Shown: positions 1 through 9,354, numbered from the stretch's first letter. The stretch is DNA of 64,000 bases from a virus (IMGVR_UViG_3300019374_000291:1-64000); one strand, 5' to 3'. Numbers and translations are program-made. The notes: generated by a model from the sequence alone, not told the origin.

Positions 1-1737
1 TCATCGGTACAGCAGTTCTCTTTTCATTAGGCATAAATCAAAAACATCTAATCTTTCGTCATTACACAAATCAGCAGCTCGCCATTGCGGAAGGTGCGTA
101 TCGGGTACGGCAAGAAGCCATTTTTGTAATAAAACGACATCAGCTATATCAAGTATTCCATCAGCATTAACATCGCCCTTAACAAATGATGGTTTTTCAA
201 ACGGATACGGAGGTTCGCCAAGTTCGGAGATTTCATCGCTTGCTGCTGATATTTCACCAACATTATCATTTTCACCTAAAGAATACTTTACACCATAGAA
301 AGGAATGCAGTAGTCATAATCAACTTCCCGATAATAAAAGCATACATCATCCCTGTATTCTGTAGGAAAATTTGGATCCCAGAGAATAATCCTACGGTCA
401 TAGTTTTTACCGTCCCATTCCCAAGCACCTGATTCTATACCGCATCCTGCACAAGCGTGTCCACCATCTGCTGTTTCAAATGACAATAGAAATGGTTTTC
501 CTTTTTCTTCGGCTTGCCAGCCAAGTGAGATAATATGCTCAAAATAATCCACGTCAATGATACCCGAATGACTGTCTATGTCAAGCGATAATTTAGAGAA
601 TTGAAGGAACTGATAATAATTTATAACAGACTGTACATCAGATTCGGGCGAAATATCCTTTGTTGTTGCAGCACCTTCCTGTAAATCTACTGGTGAAAGT
701 AAACCATATTTTATTAACAAGGCGGTAATCACTAAACCATGACATGATCCGTTCCATGCCTCATCAAAAGTTTGATACTTTTCTTCAATCTGCTCGGTAA
801 GCTGTGAGCGAGCAGCGTCTGAAAGAAGATATGTATCACCGAATACATCTTTTATGTTTGCAAACTGCCATGTGTCCTCGTCGAGATCAAGTGCTCTGTT
901 TCCAGCAGTCGGAGGGATCTCGGGTGCAGGAGAACAAGTGATATTAAGTTTCTTGGCTATGGGATTGGTGGAATAGATTATTTTCGGTTTGCAATTTATA
1001 AATATAGGTTCTTCAATGCTTTTTACTGTATCTGGAATTGTAAGTGATTGCATTCGACTACGAAGCGTAAACGACTTTGTACCAATTCGCTTGACACTAT
1101 CAGGAATAACTACATTTATGTCATCTCCTGCATAGACTACAAGTAAACCGTTCGATAATATCAGCCAACCACCGTTTGTTTCTATAAGAGAGCGAAGGAA
1201 TGGCGTTCCTGAAAATGAAGAGCTTGCTGCATAAGTTACCGAATCAGGAATGTCAACATTCTGTAGAGGTGTATTGCCGAATGCGCTCTCACCTATTTGG
1301 GTGACGGTATCAGGAATTGTAACCTTTGTGAGTCGAGAATTAAAAAAGACGGCGCTTGGTATTTCTGTAACTCCATAAGGAATATCCGCTTCTGTAATCC
1401 ACGTATTCTGAAAAGCACCATTTCCTATTGATTGGAGTCCTTCAGGAAAATTTATATCTGTCAAAGTAGATCTTGAAAATGCTGAATCACCAATCTTTGT
1501 GACAGAATCCGGAAGTGATACACGTTGAACCTTTTTATCGTAAAATGCATATTCTCCGATTGCAGTCACACCATCTGGAATCTCAACATCACTATCAGCA
1601 CCATTATATCTAACAAGGACTCCGTTTTCAATGTCAAATTCGGGAGCATCAGTATCTACTGCAAAGACAAATAATGGACATACACATGAACAGAGCATCA
1701 GCATTGTCGTAAGTAAGACTGTTAAACGTTTTTTCAT
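1..1737 (-). CDS. Host secreted protein: signal peptide, BspA-type leucine-rich repeats, possible papain-like Cys-His-Asp domain, C-terminal dockerin
   Basis: N-terminal MKKR plus hydrophobic stretch; repeats such as IPDGVTAIGEYAF; GSCHGL, GGHACAG and WDPNFP motifs; duplicated dockerin Ca-loop GDVNADGILDIADVVLLQKWLL / AADLCNDERLDVFDLCLMKRELL; lower GC than the phage. Confidence 0.85.
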   Translation of the reverse strand: MKKRLTVLLTTMLMLCSCVCPLFVFAVDTDAPEFDIENGVLVRYNGADSDVEIPDGVTAIGEYAFYDKKVQRVSLPDSVTKIGDSAFSRSTLTDINFPEGLQSIGNGAFQNTWITEADIPYGVTEIPSAVFFNSRLTKVTIPDTVTQIGESAFGNTPLQNVDIPDSVTYAASSSFSGTPFLRSLIETNGGWLILSNGLLVVYAGDDINVVIPDSVKRIGTKSFTLRSRMQSLTIPDTVKSIEEPIFINCKPKIIYSTNPIAKKLNITCSPAPEIPPTAGNRALDLDEDTWQFANIKDVFGDTYLLSDAARSQLTEQIEEKYQTFDEAWNGSCHGLVITALLIKYGLLSPVDLQEGAATTKDISPESDVQSVINYYQFLQFSKLSLDIDSHSGIIDVDYFEHIISLGWQAEEKGKPFLLSFETADGGHACAGCGIESGAWEWDGKNYDRRIILWDPNFPTEYRDDVCFYYREVDYDYCIPFYGVKYSLGENDNVGEISAASDEISELGEPPYPFEKPSFVKGDVNADGILDIADVVLLQKWLLAVPDTHLPQWRAADLCNDERLDVFDLCLMKRELLYR

Positions 1738-1922
1738 AATTAAACCTCCTGACTTTATGTCAAATGGGGTAACTTAAGATATGAAACGTCAGACACATTT
1801 TTCGTCCTTAACCGCCTGACAGCGGCTTCTTTTCTTCATTATAACATTATATCTGTCGATTGTCAATTGAAGAAAGGATAATTTAACTGGTAAGGATATA
1901 TTTTGTTCGTTTGAGATCAAAG

Positions 1923-1956
1923 CAAAAGGCTCTGCATTTCGGCAAAGCCTTTGTTG
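1923..1956 (-). terminator. Intrinsic terminator after the truncated small ORF
   Basis: Minus strand AAAGGCTTTGC-CGAAAT-GCAGAGCCTTTT just after the TAA at 1958-1960. Confidence 0.6.
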
Positions 1957-1957
1957 C

Positions 1958-2089
1958 TTATTCGTCCTCGTCCGAACATTCTGACAGTCCATGTTTGAGC
2001 TGAATGTATATGCACTCTGCTCGGTCACGCTCCTCGCCCTCAGCAGTCACCATGAGGTCAAGGAAATGTGCTTTTGCCTGTTCGTATAA
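1958..2089 (-). pseudogene. 3' remnant of a small gene, probably the integration target
   Basis: Reads ...YEQAKAHFLDLMVTAEGEERDRAECIYIQLKHGLSECSDEDE* followed by a terminator; an in-frame stop lies just upstream near 2102 and no convincing RBS or start is present. Confidence 0.5.
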
Positions 2090-2130
2090 GCATAAAGAAA
2101 GTCAATAGTAATCAGGACTAGTTAGTCCCA

Positions 2131-2192
2131 AAAACAAAAAATCCCCCTCACCAGGCAAGAATTATCTCAACTTCCTACCTGATGAGGGGGAT
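2131..2192 (-). terminator. Terminator after the recombinase module
   Basis: Inverted repeat ATCCCCCTCA...TGAGGGGGAT with a T-run (TTTTTTGTTTTT) following on the minus strand. Confidence 0.7.
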
Positions 2193-2205
2193 CATATTAC
2201 TATAT

Positions 2206-3759
2206 TCACTTTTCCACGCTGACCGTCACACCGGACTTGAACTGAAACTCCAGATAGTCATCGTATACAGTCACTTTTTCAAGCAGCTTCTTTACGAGAC
2301 TGCCGTCAAACATGCAAACCTTGCTCTTCTGCCGTTCTATAAATTTCAGCAGTTCCCGGATACGCTTCTTGTGTTCAGTTTTTGCGTTGTCGTCCATTGC
2401 TGTCTGTGCCTGAAGTTCGCGCAGGCGCAGAATCTCCTCGGTGATGTCATCATAGTTTTCATGGCGCTCTGTTCTGTCGATCAGCTCCTGCTGCAGCTTT
2501 GCCATTTTCGCCGCCAGTGCTGCGACACTTTCCGGGTGTACCTCGTTGATCGCTGTTTCAAGGTTTTCTTTCAGCCTTGTCAGGTAATCATCGCTGTTCC
2601 CCACGATCTCATTGAGCGCATCAAGGAATGCTTCTATCAGCGTCTCCTCATTGACCGTTCTTGCATGACACTGATCCTTCTGCTTCAGTCTGGTCAGGCA
2701 CCGCCACACGACTGACTTCTTGCCGCGATTATTCCAGTGGATCCTGCGATACTCCTCGCTGCATTCAGCGCAGAATACGATTTTTGAGAACGGGTGGTTT
2801 GCACTGAAATTCTTCCGTCTGCCAAAGCAGGCGTTCTGTTCACTGCGCCGTGCCATTTCCTCCTGCACCATCAGAAATATCTCTTTCGGGATAATTGCTT
2901 CATGGTCGTCCTCGACATAGTACTGCGGCTGCATACCTGTGTTCTTCACTCGCTTTTTGTTCAGGAAGTCCACTGTGCAGGTCTTTTGCAGGAGCGCATC
3001 GCCCATATACTTCTCGTTTTCAAGTATCTTACGAATCGATGTGTCATGCCATTTTGCCTTCCCGCGGGAGGTCAGGATGCCGTCACGCTCTAAGCCCTGC
3101 GCGATCTTCTTGCAGCTTTTCCCCTCAAGGTACTCTCTGAAAATGCGTTTGACGATCTCAGCCTGTTCCTGGTTTATGATTAGGTGACCGTTCTCGTCCT
3201 TGTCGTAGCCGAGGAAATTGCGTGCGTTCACCATCACTTTCCCTTGCTGAAATCGGTAATGAATACCCATTTTTGTATTTTTACTGAGGGATTCGGATTC
3301 TTGCTGCGCCAGTGACGCCATGATCGTCAGGAGAACTTCTCCCCTAGTATCCATCGTATTGATGGATTCTTTCTCAAAGTACACAGGGATATTCATACCC
3401 TTCAGCATACGGATATAATTCAGGCAGTCCACGGTATTTCGGGCGAATCGGCTGATAGATTTGGTCAGGATCATGTCGATCATACCCTTTTTGCAGTCCT
3501 CGATCATCGCATTGAATTCCTCTCTGCCTTTGGTCGAGGTCGCCGAGATACCTTCATCTGCGTATACCCTGACCATTTCCCATTCGGGTTTTGAATTGAT
3601 GTACTCTGTATAGTGCTGGATCTGGCTTTCATAGCTGGATGCCTGTTCTTCATTGTCCGTGCTGACACGGCAGTATGCCGCTACACGAAGCTTCTTTATC
3701 TCCGTTTTGGAAGCATTGTTGCCCTTCTGCGGTTTTGCAGGAATTTTGATCACGTTCAT
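2206..3759 (-). CDS. Large serine recombinase
   Basis: RVAAYCRVST catalytic motif, DEGISATS, TKSISRFARN, recombinase domain, Zn ribbon (CAEC...WRC), coiled coil. Confidence 0.95.
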   Translation of the reverse strand: MNVIKIPAKPQKGNNASKTEIKKLRVAAYCRVSTDNEEQASSYESQIQHYTEYINSKPEWEMVRVYADEGISATSTKGREEFNAMIEDCKKGMIDMILTKSISRFARNTVDCLNYIRMLKGMNIPVYFEKESINTMDTRGEVLLTIMASLAQQESESLSKNTKMGIHYRFQQGKVMVNARNFLGYDKDENGHLIINQEQAEIVKRIFREYLEGKSCKKIAQGLERDGILTSRGKAKWHDTSIRKILENEKYMGDALLQKTCTVDFLNKKRVKNTGMQPQYYVEDDHEAIIPKEIFLMVQEEMARRSEQNACFGRRKNFSANHPFSKIVFCAECSEEYRRIHWNNRGKKSVVWRCLTRLKQKDQCHARTVNEETLIEAFLDALNEIVGNSDDYLTRLKENLETAINEVHPESVAALAAKMAKLQQELIDRTERHENYDDITEEILRLRELQAQTAMDDNAKTEHKKRIRELLKFIERQKSKVCMFDGSLVKKLLEKVTVYDDYLEFQFKSGVTVSVEK

Positions 3760-4148
3760 TTTATCACCCCTATCAAACTGTACACATATTCTGCCTGTGC
3801 GATTGGATCGTCATATTGCATTTCCGGTTCAGCAAGTGTAAATTCTGTATAGACGGGCGGTGTTTTCAGCCGTTTCCCGCTGCCATGCTTTTCAGCTCTG
3901 CGGATCAGTTCGGCATTTGCCTTTGTGAATGTTTGCCTGCTGACGATCGCAGGATAAAACTCGTCTCCGATATAGCAGATGTTCCGGATGATGCGCTTCA
4001 CCATGCTGTGAACCATAGGCTTTCCGGCATTTTCTGCAGCCTCACGCAGGCTCATGCCGGAAATATACCCGCTAAAAATCGCTCTGATCGCACAGGCTTC
4101 GGTTTCATCAATCATTGCTTTTCCGTCAATTATTCTGTACCCGTACAT
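3756..4148 (-). CDS. Short recombinase-domain accessory protein
   Basis: MYGYRIIDG...YIGDEFYPAIVS resembles a recombinase DNA-binding domain; lies between two large recombinases; GGAGG RBS before ATG 4148. Confidence 0.75.
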   Translation of the reverse strand: MYGYRIIDGKAMIDETEACAIRAIFSGYISGMSLREAAENAGKPMVHSMVKRIIRNICYIGDEFYPAIVSRQTFTKANAELIRRAEKHGSGKRLKTPPVYTEFTLAEPEMQYDDPIAQAEYVYSLIGVIK

Positions 4149-5680
4149 AACTCCTCCTTCAGTGTCAGTCCACATTTCAGACGAAATCCGATGCTTGTGC
4201 GGGAATAGACGATAATGCTGTCCACATATTCCGTGAAAGCTTCATCGCTGAATTCTGTCTGTGTTTCGAGTGATTCTATGAAATGCAGCAGCTTTTCCGT
4301 TTCCTTGATGCTTCCGTTCACAGCGGTCTTTTCCTGATTTTTCAGTGCAGCGCGGTATTCCTCGTTCTGCTGTTCGATCCGTCTCAGCTCCTGTGTATAC
4401 ATTACGCTGTCAAGGAATCCTCCGACACGGAGTTTTCTGAGCTCCTGCTTTCTGTCCGTATTCTTCTGCAGCGCTGCCTTAATATCCATTATACTCAGGA
4501 GATGATCGTCAGCATCGGTAAGTTTCAGTGCTTCCAGATACGGAGACAGGATAAACTGATAGCCGAAGATCAGCTTGTTCAGCATGGTCACGAATGCCGC
4601 TTTGACTGCCGCATCCTTTATGAACTTCATAGAACAGGAAGCCTTATCATACAGGTGTGTCGTACAAGCCCACGCAATTCCGGTGGTCTGCGTCTGCCGC
4701 TTGAACTTACCGCCGCATTCACCGCAGATGATTTTGCCGGAAAACGGATACTTATTCTGATACTTTCCGACATCCGCTTCAATATTATGCTCTTCAGCAT
4801 GCTTTTGCAGGACAAGCTGTACCTTGTCAAACATCTCTCTGCTGATGAGCGGCTCATGATGCTCCTCCGCATAGTAGCTGTCAACTTCACCGTGATTGTT
4901 GTGCCGTCGAAAGCTGCTGTCCGTATAGGTTTTCATAAACGCGGCAGCGCCGTAGTATTTTTCGTTCACAAGTATTCCTTTGATCGTTGAGCCCGACCAT
5001 TTTCCGCCCTTGCGGGTGGGAATCCTCCTGCTTTCAAGCATCTGAGCGATCTTGTATGTTCCCATTCCGTTCAGAGCCGATGAAAAGATCAGGCGGATCA
5101 CTTCAGCTTCAGTTGGTTCGATGACATAATTGCCGTTGGCATCTTTTGTATAGCCATACGGCGGATAACCGAATTTGAAGGTTCCCGCTTCGATTCTCTG
5201 CTGTATCGACCATTTCACGTTCTTGGAGATCGACTCCGATTCATTCTGCGCCATGCTGCTGAGCATTGACAGGATCAGTTCACTATCCATCGAGCCGGTG
5301 TCAATGTTTTCCTTTTCAAAGTAGATTGGGATATTGCAGGATAACAGTTCCCGCACCAGCGACAGGCAGTCAGCAGTATTACGGGAAAAACGGCTGATCG
5401 ATTTTGTCAGCACATAGTCGATGCTTCCTGTACGGCAGGCATACAGAAGTGCCTGAAGGCCGTCACGGGAATCTGCCTTTGTTCCGCTGATACCGAAATC
5501 ATAGAACACGCCTGCAAATTCCCAGTCGGAATGCCGTTTGATCCATGATTCATAATGAGTTTTCTGGGCTTCAAGACTCTCCTTCTGGTCAGTGTTCTCA
5601 GTACTGACACGGCAGTAAGCGGCCACACGCAGTTTCTTTGCGGCAACGGGTTCCTGTGCATCGATTTTTCTTATGATCAT
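4130..5680 (-). CDS. Large serine recombinase
   Basis: RVAAYCRVST, DFGISGT, TKSISRFSRN, CGECGG Zn ribbon. Confidence 0.95.
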   Translation of the reverse strand: MIIRKIDAQEPVAAKKLRVAAYCRVSTENTDQKESLEAQKTHYESWIKRHSDWEFAGVFYDFGISGTKADSRDGLQALLYACRTGSIDYVLTKSISRFSRNTADCLSLVRELLSCNIPIYFEKENIDTGSMDSELILSMLSSMAQNESESISKNVKWSIQQRIEAGTFKFGYPPYGYTKDANGNYVIEPTEAEVIRLIFSSALNGMGTYKIAQMLESRRIPTRKGGKWSGSTIKGILVNEKYYGAAAFMKTYTDSSFRRHNNHGEVDSYYAEEHHEPLISREMFDKVQLVLQKHAEEHNIEADVGKYQNKYPFSGKIICGECGGKFKRQTQTTGIAWACTTHLYDKASCSMKFIKDAAVKAAFVTMLNKLIFGYQFILSPYLEALKLTDADDHLLSIMDIKAALQKNTDRKQELRKLRVGGFLDSVMYTQELRRIEQQNEEYRAALKNQEKTAVNGSIKETEKLLHFIESLETQTEFSDEAFTEYVDSIIVYSRTSIGFRLKCGLTLKEELCTGTE

Positions 5681-5707
5681 GGCATTACCTCCTTTTGTCA
5701 GTACACT

Positions 5708-5736
5708 ATATTAACTCTGGTTTGACGATTTTTCAA
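5708..5736 (-). promoter_or_regulatory. Sigma-A promoter for the recombinases, same type as the array promoters
   Basis: TTGAAA-17bp-TAATAT; AGAGTTAATAT context shared with the array copy at 36592. Confidence 0.65.
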
Positions 5737-5902
5737 GTGTTTTCGGTAATAAGTCCGCCAACATCGGTGAGAAAGATTCGCGGTTCAGCTCCGTTAATTT
5801 GTCACATTCGTCAGTTGTGATCATGCCGCTTTCAAACAGCGCTCTTGTGATTGTCTGCGCTCTGAAATAATTGATCTCGTCAATGATTTTCTGCTGTTCC
5901 AT
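5711..5902 (-). CDS. Small SHOCT-like protein preceding the recombinases
   Basis: 63 aa with LFESGMITTDE motif; GGAGG RBS. Confidence 0.65.
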   Translation of the reverse strand: MEQQKIIDEINYFRAQTITRALFESGMITTDECDKLTELNRESFSPMLADLLPKTLEKSSNQS

Positions 5903-5965
5903 AGCATACCTCCGTTTCTGTTAGCATGGATATGTATAAATGTATGGCTATGTGGGCATAGCACA

Positions 5966-5994
5966 TTGACTTTTTCCGGGATGAGATGTATAAT
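5966..5994 (+). promoter_or_regulatory. Near-consensus sigma-A promoter for the moron
   Basis: TTGACT-17bp-TATAAT. Confidence 0.75.
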
Positions 5995-6108
5995 GAAAAC
6001 AGACAGGGGCAATCTAATCTCCCCTACAAATCGGAATTTATTAATCTATGCATTGTAAGAAATAATCAACCGGAAGAAAAATACAATGCAGGAATTCGGA
6101 GGTTAAAA

Positions 6109-6948
6109 ATGAATTATCCTTATACAGTAGGCTTTGGCAAAGTCGATGAAGAAAATAAGCCTTATTGGAACGAAGAGGCACATGAATATCTGATCATCAC
6201 CACCGACGATGAACAGAACTGCTACAGTCAGACAATCAACGGTAAACAAACGAATTATAAAACTTCAAGAACCGTTCTCGGACACATAGACCTGACCACG
6301 GGTGAGCAATACAGTGGAAAGGATGCTGTTTTTTGGGAAATGACTCCTGAGGAACACGATACGGAATTATACAAAAAACTGTTCAAAGGCGGTGTCGTTT
6401 ATCATATCCGTGCTGCAATGCAGAAGAAAAATGTCGTTCTGTACCCGATTGAGGTCCTCGGCATTGCAGACAACGAGCCTTTTTTGGAACAGCTATATGC
6501 TGCATATGTTGAGGAACGTGACCGTCCTGTATATCTTCAGACAAAACTGTTCGGAGACCTGCTGCTCAACAAGAGGTACAACAGTTTTGACGGGACTTTT
6601 GAATATATGGGACATAAAATTGAATTCAGCATCGACAACAGCGATGGCGCTACAAAAACTGTTTCCAAACTCGAAGCTTTTGTTCAGGATTTCAAAGCTC
6701 ATGATGAGAAAATGCGCCGTTTCGCAGCAGAAAAGCTCACTTCTCTTGCAAATGAATGGGCAGATGAAGAAGGCGAAGCACACATTACCGAAGAAGAGTT
6801 TTATTCGCTATTAGTTCCGGAAGGTATAGATATGAGGAGCACCGGTCGGTATATCGTATACTATACGGACGGAGGAGCATTCGGCGGTCATTCCGTAGAA
6901 GTAAGCGGTAATTCAAAGGGACCTACTAAAGCTCAAATAACCGGCTGA
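6109..6948 (+). CDS. Moron, DUF2262-like protein
   Basis: C-terminal AAEKLTSLANEW...ITEEEF...DGGAFGGHSVEVSG pattern; GGAGG RBS before ATG 6109; AT-rich and on the opposite strand. Confidence 0.6.
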   Translation: MNYPYTVGFGKVDEENKPYWNEEAHEYLIITTDDEQNCYSQTINGKQTNYKTSRTVLGHIDLTTGEQYSGKDAVFWEMTPEEHDTELYKKLFKGGVVYHIRAAMQKKNVVLYPIEVLGIADNEPFLEQLYAAYVEERDRPVYLQTKLFGDLLLNKRYNSFDGTFEYMGHKIEFSIDNSDGATKTVSKLEAFVQDFKAHDEKMRRFAAEKLTSLANEWADEEGEAHITEEEFYSLLVPEGIDMRSTGRYIVYYTDGGAFGGHSVEVSGNSKGPTKAQITG

Positions 6949-6976
6949 CAAATTCTGAGTTGTCACAGTATGTACC

Positions 6977-6998
6977 GGGCAGAGAACTACCTCTGCCC
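6977..6998. terminator. Hairpin between the convergent moron and lysin genes
   Basis: GGGCAGAG-AACTAC-CTCTGCCC. Confidence 0.6.
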
Positions 6999-7005
6999 TA
7001 TTGTT

Positions 7006-8190
7006 TTACTCCTTCATAAGCGTGCCCTTGTAGGTTTCCGTGCCAATCATGATGGTAGCGGTCACGGTGGTATCGGGCTTATCGGGTGCAGGCGTTGAAG
7101 TTGGCTCTGCCTTACCCCAGCCGTTCAGCCCTTTGCTCTTGATAGTAGTCGGGAAATCCTTATAGCAGATATCCAGATCCACATTGCCGTTGATGCCGGC
7201 GACCTTGCCCTTCTCAGAATGCTGCCAGATACCGTATGTGCCACTGTAATTGGTCTGTTCGACCCAATGTGCCAACCAGATCGTGTACCAGGACTTGATA
7301 TCATCGGCTGTATGCGTGGTCAACGAAGAAGCAGAGCCGTACAGGCCAACAAAATAGCCTGCACCCTCAACCTTTTTGAGGAACGCACGCATGATCGCGG
7401 AGACCGATTCCTTGCCGAGGTCGAACTGCTTCTTTTCCTCAAGGTCGAAATAGACGGGCATCTCGAACTGCTTTCCTTTGATAACAGAAAGGAACACATC
7501 GGCTTCCAGTTCCGCTTCCTCCGGAGTCATGGCGTAGGAGTACCAGTATGCGCCGACCGGAATGCCAGCGGCCTTTGCACCTGAGTAGTTCTGCTCGAAC
7601 TTCTCATCCTTCTGCGATGCCAGTCTGCCGTAGCCAGCTCTCAGGATGGCAAAGTCGATGCCGTCTGCTTTGACCTTACCCCAGTCGATATCGCCGTTGT
7701 GTACACTTACATCAATGCCCTTCATATCCTCACCCCCGAAATACTTGTAGAAATCATCGGTCACAGAGTTGTTGCCGTGGACTTCATCGCCGTACCACTT
7801 CTTGCCGGAACGGACATCAACATGTGTATACTGATATGCGGCTGTGATGTTTGCGATACCTCTGAAACCGATATCCTGCGCCTTGCAGCAGACAGTTTTA
7901 GAGGAAATTGGCTGTCCGTCCTGCCCGTAGCAGCAGATGTCAGCAGCATTGCCGAGTGTATGCTGTCCGGTGCCGCTGCCCTTCACCGCCTTGTCGTGAG
8001 CGGAACATCTGAAGCCGGAAGTCACAATGATCTTAGAACAGTTGAGGGCGGCATACAGCTGTTCCAGCTTTTGCACCAGTTCATCGGACACACTGAACTC
8101 GTGCTCTTTTCCGCACTTACAGCGGAACTCTTTTGCATTGAAATGTTGGGTGATCTGTGTAGTGTCACCATATTCATATTTTCTGATCAT
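7006..8190 (-). CDS. Endolysin: peptidase M15 domain fused to GH25 muramidase
   Basis: HFNAKEFRCKC, VTSGFRC, QHTLGNAADI, THVDVR (M15); then KGIDVSVHNG, FDLEE, VDLD (GH25). Confidence 0.9.
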   Translation of the reverse strand: MIRKYEYGDTTQITQHFNAKEFRCKCGKEHEFSVSDELVQKLEQLYAALNCSKIIVTSGFRCSAHDKAVKGSGTGQHTLGNAADICCYGQDGQPISSKTVCCKAQDIGFRGIANITAAYQYTHVDVRSGKKWYGDEVHGNNSVTDDFYKYFGGEDMKGIDVSVHNGDIDWGKVKADGIDFAILRAGYGRLASQKDEKFEQNYSGAKAAGIPVGAYWYSYAMTPEEAELEADVFLSVIKGKQFEMPVYFDLEEKKQFDLGKESVSAIMRAFLKKVEGAGYFVGLYGSASSLTTHTADDIKSWYTIWLAHWVEQTNYSGTYGIWQHSEKGKVAGINGNVDLDICYKDFPTTIKSKGLNGWGKAEPTSTPAPDKPDTTVTATIMIGTETYKGTLMKE

Positions 8191-8228
8191 TTTCTTGTCC
8201 TTTCTGCGAATAATCGCGGTATATAGGC

Positions 8229-8257
8229 TTGACAGCAGATTATAAAAATGCTATAAT
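8229..8257 (+). promoter_or_regulatory. Perfect-consensus sigma-A promoter with extended -10
   Basis: TTGACA-17bp-TATAAT with TG at -15/-14. Confidence 0.85.
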
Positions 8258-8284
8258 GAGAAAAAACACGGAGGTGCATGAACA

Positions 8285-8836
8285 ATGCCAAGAAAACCTG
8301 CAAACCCGAAAACCGATACTGTTAAGAAAACGACACGCAAGAGGAAAGTTGAAGATGCAGTTGTTGAGGCTGCTGTTGCAGAAACTCCTGCTGTTGCTGA
8401 TGCACCGGCTGCTGAGAAGCTTGTAAAAAAGAGAGGCAGAAAGCCTGCTGCGAAAAAGACTGAGCCCGAAAAGCATGATATCGTAAAGGTTGCTACGCTT
8501 GCGCCTGGCGAACTGAAAGAGCTTATCAATGCTCCTGCACCTACAACACCGTTCCCGGCATCCGATGATCCGTCAAAGGATATTGTTCAGACTACACGCA
8601 AGCCGAGAGTGAAAAAGACGGACAAAAAGGCAGAGCCTGTTTTTTCCACACTTGTTCAGGTCGGAGATGCAGAGTACGATATCTCGGATATTGCTGCAAA
8701 AGCATATAAGGCATACAAGTCCACGCATAAGCGTAAGGCTGTAACCGAATTCCGTGTTTATGTCAAGCCCGAAGAGGGTGTGGCATACTTCACTGTAAAC
8801 GGTGAAGGTTCACCTGATTTCAAGATCAATCTTTAA
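8285..8836 (+). CDS. Moron: Lys/Ala/Pro-rich protein with DUF6465-like C-terminal domain
   Basis: Low-complexity KKRGRKPAAKK N-terminal region; C-terminal VYVKPEEGVAYFTVNG; GGAGG RBS. Confidence 0.7.
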   Translation: MPRKPANPKTDTVKKTTRKRKVEDAVVEAAVAETPAVADAPAAEKLVKKRGRKPAAKKTEPEKHDIVKVATLAPGELKELINAPAPTTPFPASDDPSKDIVQTTRKPRVKKTDKKAEPVFSTLVQVGDAEYDISDIAAKAYKAYKSTHKRKAVTEFRVYVKPEEGVAYFTVNGEGSPDFKINL

Positions 8837-8852
8837 TACACCATCTCCTTTA

Positions 8853-8887
8853 TAATGCAGTCGAGTGATCGGCTGCATTACTTTTTA
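8853..8887 (+). terminator. Terminator of the moron, overlapping the holin stop
   Basis: TAATGCAGTCGA-GTGA-TCGGCTGCATTA followed by CTTTTT. Confidence 0.7.
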
Positions 8888-9342
8888 TCGCCGTCTTCCA
8901 ATTCATCGATCATTTCCTGAATATCATCGTCAATGTGCTGCGCTCTCTTCTGAAGCACCTCGATAGCCTTTTTAATTGCAGGCGGATACGGGATACCCAT
9001 CAAACTGGTGTTTTCAATAATAGAAAGCAGCTCATTCACACAGAAGCCGATGCAGGTCGCGTCACGGATATATGTGGTACCGATCATGATATCCATACGG
9101 ACAGCCACAACCACCATGAGCAGAATGCAGAACTTCTTTGCAAGACCGACCCAGCCCGCCTTTGAACTCAGCCTGCCGGTCTTGCTGTGCTTGCTTCTGC
9201 CCATAGATGCGGTGATCAGTCCGGTTGTGAAGTCGATTGCCATGAAAATGAGGAGTGTTGCCAATGCTGAATCCCACCCTCCTAGCAGCGCCGCAAAAAA
9301 ACCGCCGATCACCCCGGCGGCTGTACAGATATTTTCTTTCAT
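8878..9342 (-). CDS. Holin (toxin secretion/phage lysis holin family)
   Basis: LLGGWD...IDFTTG...NELLSIIENTSLMGIPYP. Confidence 0.9.
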   Translation of the reverse strand: MKENICTAAGVIGGFFAALLGGWDSALATLLIFMAIDFTTGLITASMGRSKHSKTGRLSSKAGWVGLAKKFCILLMVVVAVRMDIMIGTTYIRDATCIGFCVNELLSIIENTSLMGIPYPPAIKKAIEVLQKRAQHIDDDIQEMIDELEDGDKK

Positions 9343-9354
9343 TCAATCATCCTT

